Positions 29,657 to 39,736 of a stretch of 64,000 bases of DNA are shown piece by piece. A program made the position numbers and the translations under genes. Origin of the DNA: Bdellovibrionota bacterium (lineage in GTDB: Bacteria > Bdellovibrionota_G > JALEGL01 > DATDPG01); the NCBI GenBank assembly GCA_963668355.1, contig OY764265.1, positions 416,001 to 480,000 on the forward strand. The letters are read 5' to 3'. Below the pieces are notes generated by a model. The model was not told the origin of the DNA, did no database searches, and saw nothing but the letters and a program-made list of their open reading frames with translations. The stretch's first letter is position 1; each line of letters starts with the position of its first letter.

Positions 29657-30976
29657 TTGAAGCTATTACTCATCGCGCCGGGGCGACTCGGCGTTCGTGC
29701 GCGCAAGGGAAAAAATATTCATCAACTAAACTTGGCCCTTCTGGCAGGCTTAGCCACACCCTATTTTGACGAAATCAAAATCGTGGAAGAAGACTTTGTC
29801 GATCTGAATTTGGAAGAATCCGCTGACCTGGTCGGCATAACCATGCTGACATGCCAAGCCAATCGAGGCTACGAACTGGGCGACCATTTTCGGAAAAAGG
29901 GGATTCCAACCATATGCGGGGGGCCGCACCCCTCATATGTAGTGGAAGAATCCCTGCAGCACTTTGATGCTGTGGTCAAACATGAAGCTGAGAACACCTG
30001 GGCCCAACTCATGACCGATTTTTTTGCTGGAAATTTGCAACCCGTATACGAATCGAACACACCAGCAGACTTGAGCCAGCTACCCATGCCACGAAAAGAT
30101 CTGTTCCAGGGAAACCCTGCCACCCTCAACGCTCAAGTTCTGCAAACGGGTCGTGGATGTCCCTTTGGGTGTTATTTCTGCACCGTCACCGTAACTTACG
30201 GAAAAAAGTTTCGTACGCGTCCAGTGGCTCAAGTGATTGAAGAAATTCGAAGGTTTCCATCCAAAATTTTCTTTTTCGTGGATGATAATATCTTTTTTGA
30301 CCCTGAATATGCCTATGAACTATTCGAAGCTCTCATCCCCCTCAAAATTCGTTGGGGCAGCCAAGGATCTCTCAATCGCATTGCGAGCGATGATAAACTT
30401 TTGTCTTTGGCGGTGCGTTCAGGCTGCATGAGTCTTTTTGTGGGTATTGAGTCTCTGGAGCAAGAGACGCTAAAAACTGCCCACAAATCTTTCAATCGAG
30501 TCGAAGACTATGAAAAGAACATTCGCAAAGTTCATCGCGCGGGCATCAACATAATTGGCGCCTTCATTTTTGGTTTTGATGTGGACACGCCGGCCACCTT
30601 TCGCAAAGTTCAAGATTTTGCGATCGCCAACGGGATCATGCTTTTAAGCACGGGAATTCTCACCCCTTTTCCAGGAACCAGGCTATTTGATGAACTGGAA
30701 GCCAAAGGATTGATTGAAGACCATGATTGGTCACGTTATGACGGTGGAAAACTGGTCTGGCGCCACCCCACCTTTACCAAAGAACAGATCGAATGGGAGA
30801 AGAACCATCTAAGCGCCAGATTCTATTCACCCAACTCGATCCTAAAACGTTTCTGGGCCAATCGACGTCATCCACTATACTTTTCTGCTTTAAATGCGGT
30901 TAATTGGCGCAAAAACAAAGACCATGGAAAATTAACCATTCCTGAAGGGTGTCAAAAAAGCGCTTCCTCACAATGA
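29657..30976 (+). CDS. B12-binding radical SAM protein
   Basis: N-terminal cobalamin-binding domain (GGPHPS), GRGCPFGCYFC, FVDDN, GIES, TPFPGT. Confidence 0.88.
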   Translation: MKLLLIAPGRLGVRARKGKNIHQLNLALLAGLATPYFDEIKIVEEDFVDLNLEESADLVGITMLTCQANRGYELGDHFRKKGIPTICGGPHPSYVVEESLQHFDAVVKHEAENTWAQLMTDFFAGNLQPVYESNTPADLSQLPMPRKDLFQGNPATLNAQVLQTGRGCPFGCYFCTVTVTYGKKFRTRPVAQVIEEIRRFPSKIFFFVDDNIFFDPEYAYELFEALIPLKIRWGSQGSLNRIASDDKLLSLAVRSGCMSLFVGIESLEQETLKTAHKSFNRVEDYEKNIRKVHRAGINIIGAFIFGFDVDTPATFRKVQDFAIANGIMLLSTGILTPFPGTRLFDELEAKGLIEDHDWSRYDGGKLVWRHPTFTKEQIEWEKNHLSARFYSPNSILKRFWANRRHPLYFSALNAVNWRKNKDHGKLTIPEGCQKSASSQ

Positions 30977-31269
30977 TAGGCCTTGCTTTATGTTTGAAAG
31001 AAGCCTATAAGGCGGTCAAAGATTTCGTATTGCCTCTTTGTCGACTACGCAGGCTGGGTTTCCCAGCAGATCCAAACTGGATCCAATGATTTCAAAATCA
31101 TCTTCGCTCTTCACCAAAGAATCCCGGGCTACCGGAGCAAACCGATTCTTACGCCTCATTTGATAAGCAAGTGACGCAACTATATTTGAAGCAGAACGTG
31201 AAACGAAGTTCGTGAAAAGACACTAGTCCTGTCGCGCATTCCAAACACCGATTGCAATAAAGGAAAACC

Positions 31270-32442
31270 ATGAAAGATTTTAAACAATTTAATTTACCGC
31301 ACCCGCTCGTAAAAGCACTCGATGCCTTGCAGTTTACGACGCCCACGCCCATACAAGCCGAAGCAATTCCCCCGGCCTTGGAAGGAAAAGACGTGTTGGG
31401 CACCGCCCAAACCGGCACCGGAAAAACCGTCGCTTTTGGCATCCCCTTGGTGACGCATATTTTGTCCAATTCAAGAAGTACGGCCTTGATCCTTACACCG
31501 ACTCGCGAACTTGCAATGCAAATCCATGATGCGATCAAGGACTTAACGAAACAAACCTCTCTCTATTCGGTGTTATTGATCGGTGGCGACTCAATGCCTA
31601 AACAGATCGGCCTTTTAAAAAATCGGCCACGTATCATCATCGGCACGCCTGGTCGCATCTTTGACCATTTGGATCGCGGTACGCTCATGCTTCACAGTGT
31701 GGACTTTTTGGTCTTGGATGAAACCGATCGCATGCTGGATATGGGATTTTCCATTCAATTGGAACACATCGCCCGTTTCTTAACTCGAAAACGACAAACC
31801 TTGATGTTTTCCGCCACCCTCCCCAAAGAAATCTTAAGCGTGGCCGCGAAGTATTTGAATAACCCTACGCGCGTGTCCGTGGGCTCGATCACCGCACCCA
31901 TTGCCAAAATTGAACAGAAGTCTCTTCGCGTTCAAGTGGATGAGAAATTTTCCTCCCTCGTAGACGAGTTACATCAACGAAAAGGCTCCATCATTGTTTT
32001 TGCACGAACCAAGCATGGAACCGAAAAATTAGCGGATAAGCTTGCCAAACAAAATTTGAGTGTCGACGCCCTACATGGAGATCTTCGACAAAACCAACGC
32101 AAGAACGTCATCAATGCCTTTCGCCATCAGAAATATCGCATTCTCGTGGCAACCGACATCGCAGCTCGAGGCTTAGACATTCCTCATGTAGAACATGTAA
32201 TCAATTACGATCTTCCTCAAATTGCTGAGGACTATATTCATCGCATTGGAAGAACCGCTCGTGCGGGAGCCGAAGGCGCTTCCCTCAGCATTTTGGTGCC
32301 CAGTGACCGCGTAAAATGGAACGCCATTTGCGAAATGCTTCATCCTGAACGAAAGCAAAAAGGAAGCTCAAACCAGGCACAGGCGGGTCGGCGACATCAA
32401 AGAAAAGGACGCTCCAGGAACTTTAACCGCAGCGCAGCCTAG
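31270..32442 (+). CDS. DEAD-box RNA helicase (RhlE/CshA-like, DETD variant)
   Basis: PTPIQ, AQTGTGKT, PTRELA, TPGR, DETD, SAT, ARGLD, HRIGRTAR. Confidence 0.93.
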   Translation: MKDFKQFNLPHPLVKALDALQFTTPTPIQAEAIPPALEGKDVLGTAQTGTGKTVAFGIPLVTHILSNSRSTALILTPTRELAMQIHDAIKDLTKQTSLYSVLLIGGDSMPKQIGLLKNRPRIIIGTPGRIFDHLDRGTLMLHSVDFLVLDETDRMLDMGFSIQLEHIARFLTRKRQTLMFSATLPKEILSVAAKYLNNPTRVSVGSITAPIAKIEQKSLRVQVDEKFSSLVDELHQRKGSIIVFARTKHGTEKLADKLAKQNLSVDALHGDLRQNQRKNVINAFRHQKYRILVATDIAARGLDIPHVEHVINYDLPQIAEDYIHRIGRTARAGAEGASLSILVPSDRVKWNAICEMLHPERKQKGSSNQAQAGRRHQRKGRSRNFNRSAA

Positions 32443-32508
32443 CCACCATTTGTCAGTCAAAAAATGGCCTCTTGACTCGGAGCACAAGAACCCGATATAA
32501 ACTTTAAG

Positions 32509-32616
32509 ATTATTTTTGCCAGCTCGCCTACCGATCTTTTCTTTCGATTCCGTCGTTATTCGCGCTTCAGAAATGTAAACAGACAATATTCGTGAATCGA
32601 AGATAGGATCATAACA
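32509..32616 (+). promoter_or_regulatory. Conserved structured 5' leader of RRM gene copy 2
   Basis: 70-nt identity to 22246-22315; TTGACT-18nt-TATAAA directly upstream. Confidence 0.7.
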
Positions 32617-32934
32617 ATGACTAAAAAACTATATGTGGGAAACCTTCCTTTTTCAGCAACCAACCAAGACCTTATGACCATGTTTGGCGAATGTGGCACC
32701 GTGGAAACAGCCGATTTGATCATGGATCGAGACACGCAGCGAAGCAAAGGCTTTGGCTTTGTGGTGATGTCCAACGATAACGAAGCCCAAGAGGCCATTA
32801 AAAAATTGGATGGACAGGATTACGAAGGCCGTTCGCTCAAAGTGAACGAAGCCCGACCGATGGAAAAACGTAATGGCGGTGGCGGCAATCGCGGTTTCGG
32901 CGGCGGACGACGCGGCGGCCGGTCCAGCTACTAA
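32617..32934 (+). CDS. RRM RNA-binding protein, copy 2
   Basis: Close paralogue of 22352-22669, same length (105 aa). Confidence 0.93.
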   Translation: MTKKLYVGNLPFSATNQDLMTMFGECGTVETADLIMDRDTQRSKGFGFVVMSNDNEAQEAIKKLDGQDYEGRSLKVNEARPMEKRNGGGGNRGFGGGRRGGRSSY

Positions 32935-32956
32935 ACTTAATCGTTTATACAAACGC

Positions 32957-32992
32957 AAAAAAGCCCGAGTGCAAGCACTCGGGCTTTTTATT
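32957..32992 (+). terminator. Bidirectional Rho-independent terminator
   Basis: aaaaagcccgagtgc-aa-gcactcgggcttttt. Confidence 0.85.
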
Positions 32993-33092
32993 AGCAGAGT
33001 TCCAGAAACACACGCCGAAACCTAAACACAAATCTGTTAGGCCGAATTTCCACCTCAAGACTATTTAACGGGACGACTGCTCGGATTGGGCT

Positions 33093-33464
33093 TTATGCCC
33101 ATGCCAAGACGATGGCTACGCCGAGCCCAAGCATCGCCAGGGAGGGAAACGTTTTTCGCAGAGAGTCTTTGACCTTCAGATGCATGCCAACAGCCCCCAG
33201 CATGAGAAGCGTAAGCAGCATAGCCCCCGCTTGAGCTATGGAGCCATCAAGCAAACCGACAATGAGAAGAAAAGCAGCAAACAACTTGAGCGCGCCCACC
33301 ACATAAACAGACCATCTGGGAAGACCATAGACGGCAAATTCTTCCACCATGTTTTGGGCTGCACGACCTCGATAGGGAGTAGCTTTAGAGAAACGAAGAA
33401 GCCAAACATTTATGAGACCAAGGGCGGCAACAATTTGGAGAACATGAACAAAGTAAAACTCCAT
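33093..33464 (-). CDS. DoxX-family membrane protein
   Basis: EEFAVYGLP, LMLGAVGMHLKVKD. Confidence 0.8.
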   Translation of the reverse strand: MEFYFVHVLQIVAALGLINVWLLRFSKATPYRGRAAQNMVEEFAVYGLPRWSVYVVGALKLFAAFLLIVGLLDGSIAQAGAMLLTLLMLGAVGMHLKVKDSLRKTFPSLAMLGLGVAIVLAWA

Positions 33465-33565
33465 AGTAGGAAAAATATATCATTTACGCCCCCATCTTCG
33501 CAAATCGGATTCAGTCGAGTTTGGGTCCTGTCGTCCCCCGATTCATTATTCACCAAGGTGAGCGT

Positions 33566-34138
33566 CTACTTTCGAGTATGCTTCTCCAAGAGTTCAAGCG
33601 CCACTTTCTTATTTATCTTGGCGAGTCTGACATCTCCAGTTGCATGCGCAAGCACCGTAGCCCCACAAATCAAACTCAATATTTGAGGTACTATTTTCTT
33701 ATATTCTTTTGGACAACCCTCCTTCAAAAGCGCTTCAACAAGGTGGGTTGTGCGGGAGAAATGTTCGTCAAGACATTGACGAATTTTGGGATCGGCACCC
33801 TCTTTGTTAAATTCCGACAATCCTCGAATAAAGGGACACCCTTGAAAATCAGGCTCCTGAAACCATTCCTTCAGTGCATCGAATAGAAATAACGTTTTCT
33901 CTTGAGGTGTCTTTCCCTTCGCCGCAAATTTTTCTAACCTCTCAAACCATCGCAGATCCTTTCTTCGAAAGTATTCTGCAATGAGGTCATTTTTCGAGGG
34001 GAAATGGTGATAAAAGGTCTTCTTGGCCACTCCACTCTCTTTAATGATCCGATCAATGCCGGTGGAGTGAACACCATTGTCATTAAATAGACGCTCCGCA
34101 GCCAACACGATTTTTTCTTTGGAAGCTCGAGGTTTCAT
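33566..34138 (-). CDS. TetR-family regulator
   Basis: GVHSTGIDRII..SGVAKKTFYHHFPSK HTH; FQGCPF. Confidence 0.9.
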   Translation of the reverse strand: MKPRASKEKIVLAAERLFNDNGVHSTGIDRIIKESGVAKKTFYHHFPSKNDLIAEYFRRKDLRWFERLEKFAAKGKTPQEKTLFLFDALKEWFQEPDFQGCPFIRGLSEFNKEGADPKIRQCLDEHFSRTTHLVEALLKEGCPKEYKKIVPQILSLICGATVLAHATGDVRLAKINKKVALELLEKHTRK

Positions 34139-34172
34139 AAATCCTCCAACATATTAACAGCTTAAAAAAAGG

Positions 34173-34219
34173 AGACAACCTTGTCTACTTTTTTCTTGCA
34201 AAAGGAGACAGTTCTGTCT
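34173..34219. promoter_or_regulatory. Two tandem palindromic TetR operators
   Basis: agacaaccttgtct (34173-34186) and agacagttctgtct (34206-34219) with the same flanks aaaagg...actttt. Confidence 0.75.
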
Positions 34220-34269
34220 ACTTTTAAGGACAAGGAATGATTAACCCAAAAACGCAAAGGAGTGTTTTT

Positions 34270-34800
34270 ATGTCACGTCTTGAATCAGCAAGTGTCGATC
34301 GCGCCACAGGCGCGACCGCGAAATTGTATGACGCAATCAAGTCTAATCTCGGAAGTGTTCCAAATCTTTTCCAGGCGTTGGGATCGAATCCGAAAGTCTT
34401 GAAAGTTTACTTAGGCCTAGGAGCTGGCCAAACTTCTCTCAACGCCCAAGAGAAAGAGATGATCGCTTTGGTTGTTGCCCAAGTGAATGGCTGCGGTTAC
34501 TGTCTGGCCGCGCACACCGCTTTAGGTAAACTAGTCGACTTCAAGGAAGAAGAAATCGTGAGCATACGGCGTGGACAGGTGTCCGATCCAAAGCTCAACG
34601 CTCTCCTTCAGTTCACGCGAGAGGTGGTTTTCGAGAAGGGTCGAGTATCCAATGAGACGTTCGAAAAACTATTGGAGAACGGCTATACAAAAGCACAGGT
34701 ACCAGAAATCATCTTGGCCGTTGTCGGAAATGCGTTCACAAACTACTTTAATCAAGTGAACCAAACACCGATCGATTTTCCATCCGTACAAAAAATTTAG
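34270..34800 (+). CDS. AhpD/carboxymuconolactone decarboxylase-family protein
   Basis: GSVPNLF, IALVVAQVNGCGYCLAAH, TPIDFP. Confidence 0.88.
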   Translation: MSRLESASVDRATGATAKLYDAIKSNLGSVPNLFQALGSNPKVLKVYLGLGAGQTSLNAQEKEMIALVVAQVNGCGYCLAAHTALGKLVDFKEEEIVSIRRGQVSDPKLNALLQFTREVVFEKGRVSNETFEKLLENGYTKAQVPEIILAVVGNAFTNYFNQVNQTPIDFPSVQKI

Positions 34801-34858
34801 AAAAACTTCTGGAGCGACACAGTGATGAATACTTAGTCACCCAACCTATAATGAAGTA

Positions 34859-34897
34859 TTGAGAAGGGATGAAGTGGTCCAATTCATCCCTTCTCAA
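34859..34897. terminator. Long hairpin between the ahpD-like and GST genes
   Basis: ttgagaagggatgaa-gtggtccaa-ttcatcccttctcaa (15-bp stem). Confidence 0.5.
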
Positions 34898-35056
34898 CTG
34901 TATTTGTTATCCCGAAATTGGATAGCATCAACTGATCTTTGATTCTAAGAAACAACTTTTTTGCGTTTGATGAATGGTTTTTTTGGGGGGGGCTATGCTA
35001 GCCCGACAAGCTTGGCTAAAATTCCAAGCCATTCAAGTTACTAAGAAAGGAAAAGC

Positions 35057-35755
35057 ATGCTGCTCTTTTACACTCCCGGAACCTGTGCGATGTCCGAACT
35101 CATTTTTCTCGAGTACCTCGGAAAGCCCTATTGGCTTTGTCGAGTGGAAGGGAATGCGCGTCGTCAGGAACCTTTCCTGGCTAAGGTCAATCCCCATGGA
35201 CAGGTCCCCGCATTTATCACTGATCAAGGTCGGGTTTTGACGGAAAATTCAGCCATTCTCCTGCATTTAAGTGATGTCAATCCGAAGTTAAACTGGGGGG
35301 CTTCGCCTGGTTCAGAAGAACGGGATGAACTTCACTATTGGCTAAGCTATTTGGATAGCAGCTATCATATGGCTTACGGACCTTTGTTTAAAACTCAGGC
35401 ATTTATTGAAAACGAAGCCCAATTTGAAAAGGTGAAGACAGCCGCGTTAAAACGAGTGGGCTCAAGTCTCGAATATCTCAATCAGCACCTCCAAGATCGA
35501 AAGCATTTTGCTTTGGGACGTGAGACACTCTTGGATGCCTATTTCTATGCCATGGGGCGGTGGGGACGAATGTTCTTCAAATTGGGCCAAGAGTATCCGG
35601 CGGTGGAACAATTCTTGGCTCGACGAGAATCTGATCCTTGGGTGCAAACCGCCCTCAGAGTCGAACAAGGAGAACTCACCCAAGGGGAACATCTCTCTGG
35701 CCATAAATCTCTGGACGAAGCGATTACCTTGATCAAAAGACCTTTGGTGGTGTGA
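35057..35755 (+). CDS. Glutathione S-transferase (beta-class-like)
   Basis: YTPGTCA, NPHGQVP, LTENSAILLHL. Confidence 0.88.
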   Translation: MLLFYTPGTCAMSELIFLEYLGKPYWLCRVEGNARRQEPFLAKVNPHGQVPAFITDQGRVLTENSAILLHLSDVNPKLNWGASPGSEERDELHYWLSYLDSSYHMAYGPLFKTQAFIENEAQFEKVKTAALKRVGSSLEYLNQHLQDRKHFALGRETLLDAYFYAMGRWGRMFFKLGQEYPAVEQFLARRESDPWVQTALRVEQGELTQGEHLSGHKSLDEAITLIKRPLVV

Positions 35756-35892
35756 TCCCCTTCGTTAAAGTTGGTGAATTCCTGGGACACGCGCCGGAAC
35801 TGTCAGTTGCAAGAAAGTCACCGCCCGGTGCTGTGACCAGGCGGTGTTTTTGCTACGATGTGTTTTTCACACTCTAGTGTGTTTGCCCTTCT

Positions 35893-37530
35893 TTATTGTG
35901 CAACACAGAATAGAGACATTAGGTTTCCACCACCGTTGCAGGCGTAGGTCCCGCCTCCGAAAGCGATCCACACAGATGGTTGGTGGGGATTTCCGGTACC
36001 GGCGTCGCCGGAACTCGACGTCCAATCGCTACACGTATTCCCCGAGTTGACCATCCATGTAGTTCCGCTCAATCCCGTCATGGGCGGGTAACCTCCGCCA
36101 TCGATGTAATTGGTCAGCGTTCCGGTGAAAATTCCGTACTCATTGGTCGTGCCAATCACTGTCGTGCCATCACTTCTTACGTAGGTGGTATTGGGCGAAA
36201 GCACCCAGTCAACATGTTCGCTGAGTCCACCCGTGCCGCAGTTGGAGGAGGTACACGCAATACGCGAGGTACTGGGATTACCTGTGTCGGCCACAATGAG
36301 AGCTTTATAGCTAGCATCATAAGCCGAGGCACATAGGGCATCCGCACCAGCCACACCGCCCATGTTTCCGTACGTCACGCCGGATAGCATTCTCAATATT
36401 TTTGGCGTCGATACTGTGGTGAAACCGGTCGCTTGCGTCTGATTGGAGGCAATGCCATTTCCAGCCGCATCGGTAGCCAAAGTTGTCACACGAATTTTGT
36501 AGGTTTCGCTATTGCTCAAATTCGATGCAGGCGTGAGCGTGAATGTCTTATCACCATTGCTCGCCACCGGAGCCGCATCCATTTGCACGCAGGTCGAAAA
36601 ACTGTCCGCGGACACTTGAATCGAACCATCACAATCGGTATCCGCCGTGTTGGTCGTAATGCTTGAAGTTTTCATCGCCTCATCAAACGTCACCGCAATG
36701 CTGGAACTAACGGACACTTCCGTTGCTTCATTCGCCGGACTGAGACTACTGAGAGTCGGAGCCGTTTCATCATAGGCACGCACTAAGTCTGAGGGAGCCG
36801 TATTGGACTTTTCTCCAGTTAAGGCATCGGCCGCCACATCCGCATCCACCGATACCGTCACATCGCCGTCGGAAGTCGGCGTAATATCAACGGTAAAAAC
36901 TGGATTGCCCGAAGTAACCAGATTGCTGGCCGACCCATTGGCCACATCAATATCACCAACCACAAAGCCCGACACTTCTTCACTAAAGGTAATGGTGACT
37001 GAAAAAGGTGAACTATTGGTGGGACTACTTGCCGAAGAAGTAATCGTCGCGGTCAGGGCCGAAGAGTCACATCGAATGGAAAACGTATTCGATGCTTCGC
37101 TATCATTTTCCGCACTATCGGATGCAGCTTCGGCCGGAACCGATAAGCTGACCGTGACCGGATCCTCAGATGGGGTTACGGTGACGGTGTAAACTTTACT
37201 CTCCGTAACCTCGGTGAGATTGGAAACAGAAGCGTTGGTCGCTTCAATATCCGAGAGTTCAAAGCCCTCAACCACCTCACTAAACGTAATGGTTACAGAA
37301 AACGAACTTTCTGCCGTGAGAATCGCTTGATTTGAGGTAATACTCACTGTCGGAGCCACGTTGTCGACAGACTCACCTCCTTCTTCCTCATTCTCGGTCA
37401 AGTTTGACTCGGCGGCAGGGGTATCATCACCCGCCGGATCCAAATTCTGATCAACATCACTTCCGCAGGAATGAACGACTAACAAAAAAGCCATGAAAGA
37501 TATGAAAAAAAAGATTTTATTGGCAGCCAT
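35893..37530 (-). CDS. Surface lipoprotein with three Ig-like domains and C-terminal DUF1554
   Basis: Lipobox VHSC; two ITFSE.V.GF...DI repeats, one Big_5-like domain; GNMGGVAGADALC...DWVLSPNTTY. Confidence 0.75.
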   Translation of the reverse strand: MAANKIFFFISFMAFLLVVHSCGSDVDQNLDPAGDDTPAAESNLTENEEEGGESVDNVAPTVSITSNQAILTAESSFSVTITFSEVVEGFELSDIEATNASVSNLTEVTESKVYTVTVTPSEDPVTVSLSVPAEAASDSAENDSEASNTFSIRCDSSALTATITSSASSPTNSSPFSVTITFSEEVSGFVVGDIDVANGSASNLVTSGNPVFTVDITPTSDGDVTVSVDADVAADALTGEKSNTAPSDLVRAYDETAPTLSSLSPANEATEVSVSSSIAVTFDEAMKTSSITTNTADTDCDGSIQVSADSFSTCVQMDAAPVASNGDKTFTLTPASNLSNSETYKIRVTTLATDAAGNGIASNQTQATGFTTVSTPKILRMLSGVTYGNMGGVAGADALCASAYDASYKALIVADTGNPSTSRIACTSSNCGTGGLSEHVDWVLSPNTTYVRSDGTTVIGTTNEYGIFTGTLTNYIDGGGYPPMTGLSGTTWMVNSGNTCSDWTSSSGDAGTGNPHQPSVWIAFGGGTYACNGGGNLMSLFCVAQ

Positions 37531-37950
37531 CTTCGATTCCTTTCGACGGTGAGGGTCAACTGCGTTGAAAACTAAAATTTTTTTGAGCCATGAGCCAAAT
37601 GAGGACGAGGCAATTTTCAGGCCAAGAGATTTATCGACCGAGCCAAAATTCAGGTCATATATGTTTCTGTATTTATTCCAGAAATCCCTCCTGTGGCAGG
37701 AGGTCGTTTTTAACGAAGCCACGAGGGGGGGGTTAGCTGAGCCCCCCCAATTTCCCCCTTGCCTGATCGAAAGTTTCGTTGCGCATTGCGCGCCCTTGCC
37801 GGAGGGGAAAGAACGTCAAAAACATGAACGACTCGATCAGAAACCCCTAGAGGTCAAATTGACCCCAGGGGGGTACATACAGACCTGCAAAAAATACCCC
37901 TTCTCTGAACGCCTGGGTTTCGGCTTTTGTCACCAAAACTTTGTTGAACC

Positions 37951-37987
37951 AAAAAAGGCCGCGGGGAAACCCCGCGGCCTTTTTTGT
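37951..37987. terminator. Bidirectional terminator downstream of hcp
   Basis: aaaaaaggccgcgggg-aaa-ccccgcggcctttttt. Confidence 0.88.
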
Positions 37988-39628
37988 TTAGTTTAAGAAA
38001 GAGTTGAGATCCTGTTCAACTGTGGTGATGGGTTGTAAGTCAAACGTCTCCTGCAATGTCTTCAATACCGGAGGCGTAACAAAGGCTGGCAGGGAGGGCC
38101 CCAGGCGAATCCCTTTGATGCCTAAGTGTAGCAAGGTCAATAAGACGGCCACCGCCTTCTGTTCAAACCATGAAACCACGAGGGACAGTGGAAGCTCATT
38201 GACGCCTACGCCAAAGGCTTTGGATAAAGCCTGTGCAATGACAATGGCCGAATACGAATCATTGCATTGTCCGAGATCGAGAAGCCTTGGGATGCCTCCG
38301 ATTTCACCAAGGTTTTCATTGATGAATCGATACTTTCCACATCCGAGGGTGAGGACGACGGTATCCTTAGGCGTCGATGTAACAAAGTCCGTAAAATAGT
38401 TTCTACCGCTTTTTGCGCCATCGCACCCACCGACGACAAAGAAGTGACGAATTTTTTTGTCTTGCACGGCTTTGACAATCGTTTCGGCTACGTTCATGAC
38501 AGCATTGTGCGCAAAGCCGATCGTGATTGTGGATTCAAGACCATCTTCCGTGAAGCCTTTTTCATTTTGAGCAGCTTTGATCACGGGAGAAAAGTCCCGA
38601 TCTTTGATGTGCGCAACATTCGGCCACCCCACCATTCCGCATGTGAAGACACGCTTTTCATACGTCTCTTTGGGTTTCTGGAGGCAGTTGGTGGTCATTA
38701 AAATAGCTCCAGGGAAAAGATCAAATTCATTTCGTTGTTCTTGCCAGGCACCACCATAATTGCCCACAAGATGTTTGTACTTCTTCAGTTCCGGATAAGC
38801 CAGGGCAGGCATCATCTCTCCGTGTGTGTAGATGTTGATGCCCGTGTCCTCGGTTTGTTTCAGGAGTTCTTCCAAATCTCTCAGGTCATGACCGGAAACC
38901 AATATTGCTTTTCCTTTTACCGGGCTGGTTCGAATGCCCGTTGGTTCTGGATGACCGTAACGAGAGGTGTGAGCCGAGTCCAGGAGCTCCATGGTTTTAA
39001 GATTCTTTTCGCCTGTTTCGAGAGAAAGAGAGAGGAGATCCTCCATGGAGGGATCTTCGCTCAAGGCGTTGAGCACCCGGTGAATGAAGCCAAATAGATC
39101 TTCATCGTTCGCGCCCAGAAGATGAGCGTGGTTTAAGTAGGCGGCCATGCCTTTAAGACCAAAAAGGAGTAGGTGGGCTAAACCCGCGCGGTCTTTTCCC
39201 CAAGCCTCGAACTCCACTTCAGGTGATCGTTTTTCACCTTCACGAATGAGATCGCTCATAGAAGCGGGAAACGAGAAAGTCGCTGGGCCGTCAAGTTCCT
39301 CCACTTCTTTCCCGGCCTTTTCGGCGGCAGCTCTATAAGCACTGTGGGCAACATCTCTTTGCTTCGTCAGCTTCTCGAGAAATTCCACATGTCGCTGAGG
39401 GTCGAAATTAACATTTGTGACCGTAAGAAAAAGACCTTCCAATGTAAACACGTCAATGTCTTGAATGGATTCCCCTAATTGTCTGAGGCGATGGGCATAC
39501 ATCGACAAACCCCGAAGTCCAAAAAGGATAAGGTCTTGTAGTGCAGCCGTTTCGGGGTCTTTCCCACAACTTCCAAAAGAATGACATCCGCTTTCTTGGG
39601 CGGTTTGCTCACATTGATAACAAAACAT
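37988..39628 (-). CDS. hcp: Hybrid cluster protein (hydroxylamine reductase)
   Basis: MFCYQCEQTA..GC...G.CGK, SGHDL, YTHGEM, TTNC, GGCDG, GQCND, SWFEQKA. Confidence 0.95.
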   Translation of the reverse strand: MFCYQCEQTAQESGCHSFGSCGKDPETAALQDLILFGLRGLSMYAHRLRQLGESIQDIDVFTLEGLFLTVTNVNFDPQRHVEFLEKLTKQRDVAHSAYRAAAEKAGKEVEELDGPATFSFPASMSDLIREGEKRSPEVEFEAWGKDRAGLAHLLLFGLKGMAAYLNHAHLLGANDEDLFGFIHRVLNALSEDPSMEDLLSLSLETGEKNLKTMELLDSAHTSRYGHPEPTGIRTSPVKGKAILVSGHDLRDLEELLKQTEDTGINIYTHGEMMPALAYPELKKYKHLVGNYGGAWQEQRNEFDLFPGAILMTTNCLQKPKETYEKRVFTCGMVGWPNVAHIKDRDFSPVIKAAQNEKGFTEDGLESTITIGFAHNAVMNVAETIVKAVQDKKIRHFFVVGGCDGAKSGRNYFTDFVTSTPKDTVVLTLGCGKYRFINENLGEIGGIPRLLDLGQCNDSYSAIVIAQALSKAFGVGVNELPLSLVVSWFEQKAVAVLLTLLHLGIKGIRLGPSLPAFVTPPVLKTLQETFDLQPITTVEQDLNSFLN

Positions 39629-39695
39629 GGCGAGAGCTCCTTAAATTAAGAATTAAAAATCCAAGGAGAAGGTAGGTTAAGTGAGAGGCCCGCGC

Positions 39696-39711
39696 CTTGA
39701 CTTAAATCAAG
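39696..39711. promoter_or_regulatory. FNR/Dnr/HcpR-type box upstream of hcp
   Basis: cTTGActtaaaTCAAg, about 70 bp upstream of the hcp start. Confidence 0.6.
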
Positions 39712-39736
39712 ACAACTAGAAATCGGTTCATTTCGG

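Noticed and set aside
31714..31730. DETD instead of DEAD as a sign of an inactive helicase
   Set aside because: Fits the DExD consensus and all other helicase motifs are intact
37531..37950. Riboswitch (e.g. c-di-GMP) upstream of the DUF1554 lipoprotein
   Set aside because: Hairpins are present but I could not match any riboswitch consensus by eye; needs an Rfam scan
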